Source of the DNA: Oculina patagonica
Taxonomy: Eukaryota
NCBI RefSeq assembly: GCF_052425735.1
Contig: NC_135765.1
Span: 32,240,001-32,304,000, forward strand
Direction: 5' to 3'
DNA length: 64,000 bases
A program made the position numbers and the translations under genes. This document shows, in pieces, positions 23,762 to 35,300 of the stretch. Position 1 is the first letter of the stretch; each line of letters starts with the position of its first letter. The notes beneath the pieces are model-generated. The model had not been told where the DNA came from. It did no database searches and saw only the letters and a program-made list of their open reading frames with translations.

Positions 23762-26700
23762 TCATTCCTCGTTGATCAGTCGTTGCATGGGCACCCTACT
23801 TCTGGTCGCGGAGATCTGGACACGATGACTAGGCAGCTGAACATGAAGGCGTGCGGGCGCGCGACGCCTGCACCTGGTACAGCAGCAAGCAATGAGCATG
23901 AGCAGTATGATGAAAACTAGGATAGGACCAGCGATCAACAACGCCTTCATGTAACGCGGCTGTTTGTTGAACCAAGCGCTGAACCCTGTGAAAGAAGTAA
24001 ATTTGTGTTACCATAGCATACTCAACCTCTCGTTCTGAACAATAAAACTTCTACCCCTTCGAATTCCTCCCCAAAAATACATCCGCTACTGTCTTCGCTT
24101 GGTCCTGCGAAATACATAGCTGATGTGACATGACATGTGACATGGAAAAAAAATTCAGAATCTTAGAACAACGCTGTAAATGTACATGGGAAGATGCATG
24201 TATATGCTTTACTTGTACGTTTCGCGTGTCTCGCTTTCGTGTTTCGCTCGTCGCGCGCGTTACAGAAAACCCGCCAAAAATGCCTCTTCTAAGACAGGAA
24301 ACATATCGAAAAATAACATCCCACCAAAATCTTTTCTCTCTTCGATGAGAGTAAGGAGATCTGGGTTCCCAAAGGCCGAAAGTGATTCCTTACCACAATT
24401 CTTAGTTGACAGTGAAATTTTCCCGTCAAGAAGGGTTGCATCAATTGGCCGGTCCAGTTTGTGGAAGACTGATACTTCAGTTTTGCCGAGCAGTTCCAGC
24501 TAAAAAAAGGAAATGTTTCTGGAGATTAATATTAGAAACTTCACTCGTTTCTTTCCTGTTAACTTAAATTAAAATGCCCACCGCATAAGGCAAAGAAGCA
24601 ACTATAGAAATTTACCTCCACAAATTCGAAGAGAACCGTTAACTAAGCTGTTTTTTAACACTAAACCTTTAATATATTCAACTGAAAAAAAATTAAGTTA
24701 TATTTGGTCCACATCTATGCGCTTATTTTAACCGATTTTAGCCTGCAAATACAGCCGCCTCTCCGCGCTCCGACCCACTTGCTGCATTCGCAGGCGAAAC
24801 CGATTTCACTTAAAAAGATTTCAGTACCATTCAATTTTGCACCCGTGTCGTCATTGGAAAGACGGAATCATGTATACAAGTGCCTTTTCAACGCAAGCTA
24901 TACCGAGGACAGACCAAGTGTTAAAATTGTCTTACCTTAAAATGCAGTTTCTTTCCTTCCTTCTTCAATCCAACCTTGAGCGAAACAGAAACTTGTGCCA
25001 TGCCGCCGAACCCCCCATCAGATTGACTATCGGTTGGAAGTTCGATGACCTCGCCATCTTTAAACGTATGTGACCAGTCTGCAGCATATCCATGCAGCCT
25101 GATGGTAACTGTGGCTGTTATGGGATCCTCGCATCTGTTGATTTTGAATATTATTATGGCACGTTTGTTCATGGCTTTCACCTGACATGTGATGTTACTG
25201 CAAAAATCGCTGACTTCGCATCGCCCGACAAGACCACTTGGGAGATTGATTTCGGGACATTTTTCTTCACCGTCTTCGTCTTCGTCATATTCGTACACAT
25301 CTCGGTAATCGCGACTTTCTCCTTCACCCTCAGCTACGGAAAAAGTCAGATAATTTAGTGCAGAGCTTAACAGTTCTCTTAAGCCTGATTCTCATATGAT
25401 CGCCCGATCATTTCTATCGCATCGATCGTTTGCAAGTACTGAGACGATCTAAATAGGCGATCGAAGCCATTGGAAGCGATCGGGGGCTTTCATATGATCG
25501 TCCCGATCGCCTGGTATGAACAAAAACCGACGAAAAACAATCATTTTAGTCCTAGATCCAATTCAACGGCAGCCTTAAATGAAAGAGCACAACTCGTGAC
25601 CTCCTATCTTCGTATGCCAATTATTGTTGTTTTCCAGCGTAAAAGGAAAAGCGAAGCTAGAAGGATAGAAAACAGGCGATCCAAGCGATCGTGATCGCCC
25701 CAATCGCCGCAAACGTTAGCGATCATCTGTGTAATGTTCTCATATAATCGCCCCAATCGCAAGAAAACGTTTTGAAGTGACAAAGGCGATAGAAACGATC
25801 GGGGCAATTATATGAGAACCAACCTTTACTCAATCGAACTAAGAATAGATCTTGGCTATTTTCTGAGCCAAAAAAAAAAAAGAAATGTCGTGTTTATTAC
25901 ATGCATTGTAACTCTATAAGCCAGGTTAGAGACTAATATAAGTAATGAATGCGTGTTGTGTCATCATCTATTGTAAATACACCTGTGCTGCTTTCAGTTT
26001 CGAGCCTATGTCTTTAAAAGTACTAAACATTGTTACTATGAATCTACTGCATGACGGATTTCTGATAAGTTACACTGCATACTTTCATCAGGTCAGATTA
26101 AAAAATAATTTGGATGAAAACTTCATGAATTACCATAATATTTTGAAATTTTAATTTTTGAGTCACACGCGATGGCTCGCGACTTGTGCGCAATACTTAG
26201 CTGCTATCGTAAATGAATTACAAATAAAACTCTTGTGTTCTCTAGGATTCATTTGTAGTTGACCAAAGAAACATTTAAGGAAAATTAGACCACACAGCAC
26301 ATTTTTAGCATTGATCTGGGCAAGTGAAATGCGCGTTGCGAGCGGAATTGTTGGCAAAACATCATTTAAAATTCTTGCTTCTCCACGGAAAATAACAAAA
26401 CACTCGAACACCGACATCTGGCGTTTGGGTTTTTGTAATTCTTTTATTCGCGTGTACGAAGCGGCTTTTTTAACTACTTATGGTGGAAACAAGAATATAA
26501 AGGAATCTTCTTTGATACTTGATAAGTCTTTTGTGAAAAAAAGGAACGATATTTCCGCCATCAGGTATCCTCTAAAATGATTTGAATTACAATTTGTTTT
26601 GTAGTAGGTGTTGTGAACCTCGCTCACACCCTCGCGGCGTGACATTGCAGAAATTTCAAAAGCAACAAATTTGGAAACTTTCAACTTACAAGACAGTTCC

Positions 26701-27005
26701 TTGAAAAGAAAACTTTGCAAATAGTTTCCTCAGAGCTGGTAAATTCTTCTCTCAATTTGTAAGTAGAATATCTTTTTGGCGAATGACAACATATTCATTT
26801 GCAAAACAGTTTTGAAGTCCCGCAGAATTGGCGAACGTACGTATATTAGAAAACAATATTGCCCTCTTTGCTAGCGCTAAACTCTCCAAGGCCTGCAAAG
26901 TTTTTTCATTTTAGCTTTTTGTTTCATAATACCGATGCACTTACCTGATACAGCCGATAGAAGGCAAGCGACGAGCAAAAAAATCCACCACGATTTGGTC
27001 GCCAT
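23762..27005 (-). CDS. Array gene C: ~262-aa type I membrane protein with one six-Cys module
   Basis: Exons 27005-26945 (MATKSWWIFLLVACLLSAVS), 25333-24936, 24499-24394 (LELLGKTEV...LLDGKISLSTKNC) and 23985-23762 (WFNKQ, TM, CCCTRCRRR..., ending MQRLINEE*). Total 789 nt, phases 1/0/1. Confidence 0.88.
25381..25826. mobile_element. Harbinger-like MITE with gatcg-rich interior
   Basis: AAGCCTGATTCTCATATGATCGCCC / GGGCAATTATATGAGAACCAACCTT. Confidence 0.6.
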
Positions 27006-29019
27006 CGTGCGAGGTACGGCTAAGACAAGAACTAATTTGACTAAAATATGCAGTTTCGTAAAATTTGAATATTCACGACATGGTTTCATTCCTGTCATAT
27101 CTATTTTAATCTGTCATGGTTACAGAGAAAATGAACTTGAATGGCGCGAAACGGAGAAGTGATCTAGCTTCGTCAACGCGGTGCGTACAAAATAGGGGCA
27201 CCCAACAGACTGTTTCGATTAATATCTGTTCGGAAGACCTATATTCGCCTCCAATTTTACGGATTTAAGTGTGATTAAAAAACTCAGGAGATTCCTACTG
27301 CTCAAACTTTCGTGACATGACGGAGAGTTATGCCTGTTGTTTTTGGCGAGAGAAAAATGTCGTTTTGGCACGAAAAATGGCCAGCTACGATTTTCGAGAT
27401 GGCAACAGCGGCTGGTTAATTCGGGTAATAATATTTCGTTCCCTAAAATTTTCAGAAAAAGTTCAGTTCACTAAGCGTTTAAAAATAGGGCTTTAAAACG
27501 CACAAAAAGGACACTTATAACGTAAAAACGGTGTTCCGACACCTATAGTAAAATTTTCTCGTTGGGTGCCCCTGACAAAAGTTTGTAGAAGCGACTATTT
27601 CACGCGCAGCATTTAGCGTTTTTGCCTTCGTAGGAGAAAAGCCGAGATAACAAAGAAAGAAAACGCCGTGTTAGGGTTAGAAATTTGATAGGCAGAAGCC
27701 AGGAAAAGGCTGATAGATGTGGCCAGATGTGCCTTGAAAAAGGGCGCGCGGAACTCTCTCTTCCGAGAGAGTTCAGGGACTGGACTAGCCTTGTTATTGC
27801 GCGCAATGTTGACGATGCTGAGCACACGTTGAAAATTGTTGTGCAATGTTGCAGAAGTGCAACGAGATTTGCGCTTAACATGGATTGTTTTCTCTTCACA
27901 ATACATGTGCAACAATTTTGGGGTGGACACCCGATGCATTTTAGCCATTGCGCCCCGGTGAATAACTTGGTTTCTCGGCTTTATTATAGTCTTCAATACT
28001 CAGCCAAAATAACAGTAATAGAATTGTAACGGAATAAATGACACTTTATGAAACTGACGGTCTGATTTGAGGCCTAGCAAGTAGAGTCCCAATTTTTTCC
28101 GGCAAAACCCCTCGAAATTTCGGCTGCCGTAACAAAACCACAAAATACCTAGAATGAACATTTCAACACTGGTTTGATACTTCGTCTTTAATAATAATTC
28201 CTTAAATATCAATACAAATATCATCAAAATTCCTATCATCCCGTTGTATTATTGCTACATCTCTTACAAGGAAAAAAAATCTTTAGAACAAGAGTTTACA
28301 TCAAGAGTTTACATTTTCTTTAAAAAGTAGATTTGATTTCGGTTATAACAGCCGTCAGTTGCAGAACGAGCCAATCAAAACTCAAGCAAAAATACGTGAC
28401 CTTGTAAAGGGTGGGAAAATTGGCACGAGTGTAGTTTATATTTGATTTAACATTTGGAAAACTGCTTAGGTGGCAGTAGTAGTTTTCCTTGCAAACTCGA
28501 GGATTTTTCGCTTTCTTCTTATTATTATTGAAAAGCATTCTTGTTCAGAGGACTAGCATATGTATTTTTATAAAGTCTTTGCAAATCGATTTTTACAATT
28601 TATTAACAAGCAATAAAATGTTATATTTAGATTTTGATGGACAGTCAAGATGCAGAACAGAATGTGACGCGGATTGAAGGTCACGTGGAGTCCTTACCAG
28701 AACCTACAAGAAAAAGACAAACACTGATCTTCACGTCTACTGTCATTATTTAAAAGCAACCTTGTGAAATCTCCGTATAACTGGCTGATCCAGAGGGGTT
28801 CAAAAGGAGGAGGCACCGAAATCAAAATTGGCGATTGATATGTTCACAAAAAGAGGGACCAGAGGCTTTCTAGCTCCAACAGGGGAAGGACGAAATGGGG
28901 AGGGGGAGGGGACGGGGGTTCCAGACCCCCCGACCACTTTCCCTAGAACGGCCACTACATTTGGCGTTTATTAATGGGAGGGGGGATAGACTATAGCACA
29001 ACCTTACCATCCGCGCTGA

Positions 29020-29341
29020 TCAAACAACAAGCCCGAACCTTTTCTTGCGGCAAGGACTACAACAACAGCAGCCACAACAGCAACAGCCAGAAATGATTGA
29101 CAGGGCCAGTAACAGAAACACCAGGATCATTACTATGCGTTCAGCGGTGTTACGGGATTCCCACCAGCGAACAAAATCTGTAAAAGGAGGTAACATCACC
29201 ATTAGCGCGTGATCAAACGAGCTGGGGATAGGCAAGGGTCAGACAAGTCCTTAGGCGTTCTCGACTTAAGGGAGTCTGGGCTTTATCATGACCGGTTACG
29301 TCACCGTAGAGCACTCGCTCTTGCCCGCTCCCCGACCTCGG

Positions 29342-29390
<49 letters not shown>

Positions 29391-32300
29391 TCTTTATTGA
29401 AACACAATCAGGTTTTAAGCACAATTCTTGTGCGGTCGTGTGCTAAACTAGCTTAAACTAATATAATACGAATATTACTGCTATATATACAAATATATTA
29501 CATTGGATCGTATTTACTATTAAAATAAGCACTTATATAACAATTAGTGACATTTAATGCCGTAGTAATGTCTGGGGTGCGTCTGAACTGACTGGGAATT
29601 AAACGACTACACTGACTGGTCGAACATAGAAATATGTAAAAAAGGACTAATTTCCCCAGTTCAAAGTTCGATACTTAACAAGTATTCTGATAGTTTACTA
29701 ATTTTTTTCGAGCTTTACTGAAAAAATTCTACGTGTTTTAAAACAGATAAATACGGACTTGTCGACGCCATTTGTCAAAGTATTCGGTTTGGTTGTGGAG
29801 CGTTAAGAAAAGAAAAATACACGCTTATTCGAGGGAATGTTAATATATTTACAATCAGCAACAATTTATCTATCCTTACTTACACAGTCGAAGCTCTCTT
29901 AACGGACACTCTCGTAAGCGGACAGCTCTACTTACGGCCACCTTGTTAGAAACCCCGTTTTTACTCCCATACAAACTCTGTATTTTAACATTCTCGTAAG
30001 CGGACATTCCCGTAAACGGCCGCGGACACTTTCAGAGATTACGACTTAGACTTTTTCTTTGTTTTTAAGCTCCCGTAAGCGGACACCGCAAAGAAAATCA
30101 TATAAAAAACCTCTGTATCTTGTATTAATCAATCAACTTCACATCGCCGTTCGTCACAATGATTTTACTGTAATTACAGTACCATATTTCAGTGTTTGTT
30201 TTGTCGTCATCCACGTTCGGTTACATTTCGAAACACCACCAACATGCATATTACCATAATGTTAGCTGGGCAAGCTCCCGTAAGCGGCCATCTATCCCCT
30301 ACACCTCTAGTGGCCGCTTACAAGAACCATTCTCGTAAGCGGCCAGGTCCAGTTGCGGACACTTTTTTCGCGTCCCGAGGGTGTCCGCTTACGAGAGCTT
30401 CGACTGTCCTTCTCTTTGTAAATATATTAAGCGAAATACCCAGAAATAGAAAGAAAAACTGTCTTAGACGTTTGACCGCGGTGAAACCCGCTCCCGTCCT
30501 GGACTTTGCGTGGAGACCGAAATAAGAGAGAACGCCTAGGGACGTCTAGCCTTTGCAAGGGAATGTGCCTGTCAAACCAGCTTGTAAGTTCTACTTGACT
30601 CCCATGAATATTTTAGCAGGTTCACATTCAATGAGAATGGGGCTATAGGGTTGATGTGAGCCCATGAGAGTGAGTGTCAAACGAGAGCAAGGGTCTTGAA
30701 TAGGCCTGATTTCCGAGTTACCCTTTGCCTCTGTTTCAAAACGAATCTACGTGCAAAACCATTCAAATGAAAATGAGTTTGATTTGCATGAAAATAGACC
30801 TGTAGGTAAAACTCATTTTCATATGAATGGTTTCACACTTAGACTCGTTTTGAAACAGAGGCAAAGGATAACTCGGAAATGGCCTATCAGACCATGATGG
30901 TGTCATATAAGCCGTAATAAAGTGTATTCACTTTCTCCTTACCGCAGTAATCCGTAGAAATTGGTAGCTCCTGTTTAACAAGTTCTAACTTCAAAGGAAA
31001 GAAAGAAACTGATCCAACTTTAGTTCCTCCTTCCAGAGTTACCTGAATATGAAAAAAAAAAAAATTCTTTAAACTTGAAATATTAGTGTCTTGATAAAGT
31101 GTTTCACACTGGCACAGGCGCGTAAAAATCTCGTCTGTCGGTAACAACTGAGCACGCGGTGTGTCAGTGAGGTTACTAAGTTACGAAGTCTTATGGAGTA
31201 ACGCTCACGTGACAACTTTCGGGATATTCACGAGCACTCGCGCTAACTTTTGATTGGATAAAAAGAATCGGAACTTTCCGAGTGTTTTGAGCGATTTTAC
31301 GAAGATTTGTCTAAAAAGGCGTCGGTACCTTGGTTGCCTATATTGATTGTATTGTCGCCCGAAACACGTGATGTGGCAACGTGCGCGTGTGAGTTCAACG
31401 TAGCTTGATACAGTGTATGGGTTATTTTGCAGTTTATTTGCGTCGGCTTTCGAGCTTACGTCATTAAGACTTGCTACACCGTGCTGAAGAGCTCCAATAA
31501 GAGCGAAACAGCTGTCTACGGTTGCAATCCTGCTCTATCGGTTCTAGTCGTGTTGGTATGTCACAAAGTCTGCTTTTCACATAGTATGGTCAACCTTGCA
31601 GTTTTGTTTGTTATTTCATTTTTTCGACGTTTTTGCTTGTTTACAAGCTAAAAACGTAGAATAGGGGTTAGTGGACAAAATTTGGAACCACATATTTGTA
31701 AACTCTCAAGGGACTTTTTTAATTTATCAAGGGACTGTTTTTATTTCTCAAGGGATTACTTTCCGCTGTGGGTGATCACTTGCGATCTCGTGGAAAAAAC
31801 GTGACTTGTCACATTTACAAACGTTATATAACAATTTTAAAAGTGACATGTCAGCTTTCTTATCTCAACGCACGTGTGTCTGAAAGGCGATCTATAAAAA
31901 GCGTCGCACAAACAATGGATTGCGTAACTAAAACACGAATAAATAATCACTAGCACTTACATCGCGTTGAGAGCAATGTTGCATGAATCGGCTTTACAAC
32001 ATGCGATCGTATCTACGCAGTTCGAGTGGAATTTCAGTCAAAGACAGCAAAATTCTTTCGTATTTCATCTTCAAATATAATTCGAAAGCATTCACTGTAT
32101 ATATGGCTTTTGTTTAATCCTGGGTCTTGATATCCGACCCTCGCAGAGCCTAGACAAAACGCAGCTTGAGTGTAACGATTTGTTTACGCCCCAATTATAT
32201 GCGCAATGTTTTCTCCGACAGTAGTCGGAAATATCCGTATTTTTTTTCGTGCTTTTTTTCGACGTTTTTGCTTGTTTACAAGCTAAAATGGTAGAATAGG

Positions 32301-35300
32301 GGTTAGTAGACAAAATTTGGAACCACATATTTGTAAACTCTCAAGGGACTTTTTTAATTTCTCAAGGGATTACTTTCCGCTGTGGGTGATCACTTGCGAT
32401 TTCGTGGAAAAAACGTGACTTGTCACATTTACAAACGTTATATAACAATTTTAAAAGTGACATGTCAGCTTTCTTATCTCAACGCACGTGTGTCTGAAAG
32501 GCGATCTATAAAAAGCGTCGCACAAACAATGGATTGCGTAACTAAAACACGAATAAATAATCACTAGCACTTACATCGCGTTGAGAGCAATGTTGCATGA
32601 ATCGGCTTTACAACATGCGATCGTATCTACGCAGTTCGAGTGGAATTTCAGTCAAAGACAGCAAAATTCTTTCGTATTTCATCTTCAAATATAATTCGAA
32701 AGCATTCACTGTATATGTGGCTTTTGTTTAATCCTGGGTCTTGATATCCGACCCTCGCCGAGCCTAGACAAAATGCAGCTTGAGTGTAACGATTTGTTTA
32801 CGCAATGTTTTCTCCGACAGTACAGTAGTCGGAAATATCCGTATTTTTTTTCGTGCTTTTTCATGGAGCAATCGTAACGATACGGCCTTGTAGTCCGGCG
32901 GATAAGTGAAAGTATTGTGCACTTTATGATAAAAGCATGAAACTTGGCACACTAATACTTTAAATCATGGTGAACATTTCAAAGATTATAGGCATCCTGG
33001 ATGTGACCCTTTTCAGGGGGGGAGGGGACTTTTTCAAAATGGCCGCCAACCAGATTTTTTGTTAAGACAACATGGAACAAAGCGACGTGGTACAACGTCA
33101 AATTGTTATTTTATGATATATATTTATTGATCTAACACCAAAGATAAGAAATATGGTATCAAAATTTCTTTCAAGTGTCTTACAGAATTTGAGCGGTCAT
33201 TTCTTGGCTAAAATTACATATGCAAATTAATGATTTCATTTCACTCATATCAAATAAACCCCGATATTTACTTTATGACTGTTCTGAAGTAAGCTCATAA
33301 GCAATACAATGATTTCCACCCACAAGGGTCCCTGACATTCGTGGCGCTGACAGGGCAGATTTTCTTTTACACATCTACACCGTCTTCTGCAGCGTTTAGC
33401 ACATTCACTCACTGAGGAGGAGGCGACGACTGGTTTTCATGTTGAAAAAACACTTCAAGGTCAGCATTGCGCACTTGACTGGTGATACGTAATGTTGAAA
33501 ACAAATGCCAGTACAGTCTCATGGTCTGTAGCTACTGTTGTGGGCGGGTTTCTGCTTTATCGAGATACCACTAGAAAATTAAACTCAAATTATTTTATCC
33601 TATCACTGAGTCGAGTTGTGCGTTCTACTTTTTTGCCTTTAAAGAGCTCGTTGCACTGGTGTTCGCTAAGATCTTTCAAATTACGGACAGAATCGATGAC
33701 TGCTACATTCCTTACCTTCTGAATACCAAGAACTAAGAGATCACTGCTGGTTTGAGAATGGATCGTCCATATTGTCCATTGTTTATTGGTCAAAACTCCT
33801 GGCCATCTCTGTTCCAGACACCATCCATCTCAGTAGTGCCGATGCAGTAAGCCCCACTTCTCCTCTATTTCTTTTTATGAAGGCATTGTTCTGTTCATGG
33901 CCTTCATCTAAAGCTATCCTAGTGAAAGGTCACTATTAACGGTGCACTTCGCCTTCCAAAATGCTGCTAGTATTCTGTGGTGCTTGTGTTTATCGCGAAG
34001 CATATAACCATGCCTCACGCAGGTGAATGGCACTGACACATGTGTAGTTGTAGTGGTCAAGAGAATTTTACAGCCACTGAATCCTTGTTAAGGCCTCTAC
34101 ATACAAAAGAAAGTTGCTGGTACGACCAACTCGACGCTCAGCACATTAAGCTGCCAGAAATGGAACTGTGGACTTTGGAGGGCTCTTTTTTGCAACATTC
34201 TTCAAACGATGTACCGCTACATTCTGGCCACTCAACGTACGATGCCTGTCGAAGCCTATACAGAGCACAAGCTATAATCTGGTGTGCACGGGCGGTTATC
34301 TTAACATGCACCGCTTTCAGGAAAAAATTCGAAGTTCCCTAACCGCTATTTCACCTTGTATTAGCGCTGACATCCAGCTACTGCCATAAGAAAAATTTCC
34401 ATGTGATTTTCTATTAGCCATGCTATATTGTTGTGTTAGCCAGGCAGCATTTCTATAAATGAATCTTTCCCATATGTTTCTGGCCACATCTACTGGATTT
34501 GCTTTGCAATCGTGATTAGTATATAGTTTGATCAAATGTGATCATTCATGTAGGGTTTTTTCCAAGGATTAAGAACAGCCAGAACACGATTTTCAGTGTC
34601 GGGGTACTGAAACAGTGTTATGCCTGTCCCATGGAAGGATCCATGTGCACTAGTTGCTGTCGCATCATGGTCAATATTATCGACTGCTGATGTCGTGAAC
34701 ATACCAATGGTTAGTATGAACACACCAATGGTTAGTATAGACGGGCAAACTGTTGCAGCTGTCTTGAAGTGGCTAATAGCAACTTTCAGATTTGACTTCG
34801 AGTACGAGATCGAGTACGAGTATGACTTTGGAATTTCGACACGATTGTATTCCTCAAACTATAACTCTTCCGTGTTGCTGACTAACACATAAATAAACGT
34901 TAAGGATAAAATTGGTGTGATAAGTGACTATAGGAGGCAAACGAATTTGGTTTGAAAACTCCTAATCGTACTCAATCTCGCACTCGTAGTCCAATCTGAA
35001 GGTCGCTAATGACAGAGTTTCCAAGGTCTGCAGACAACACGTTCATATGAAACAGACAATCGCCCAGCCTGTAAAGTGTATCCACTGGATCTTTTGATCT
35101 TGTCAGACTTGAGTGTACTAATGCACCTAGAAATAATGGCAGTGGCGTCTCCCGTTGTTCGAAATGCCTGGTGTTCGTAGGGTGTTGTTGACGCCGGAGC
35201 TCACAACTGTTTTACAGTATAAAAAATTGTAAATGAAGAGACATAGCAAGTCGTGACCTGTAGCTTTGTGGTTGATGTTACTCCCACACATGATAATTGT

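Noticed and set aside
29020-29100. TGA in gene D as selenocysteine, or the Cys run as a metallothionein
   Set aside because: No SECIS was recognised, and the Cys run directly follows a TM helix and fits a palmitoylation string.
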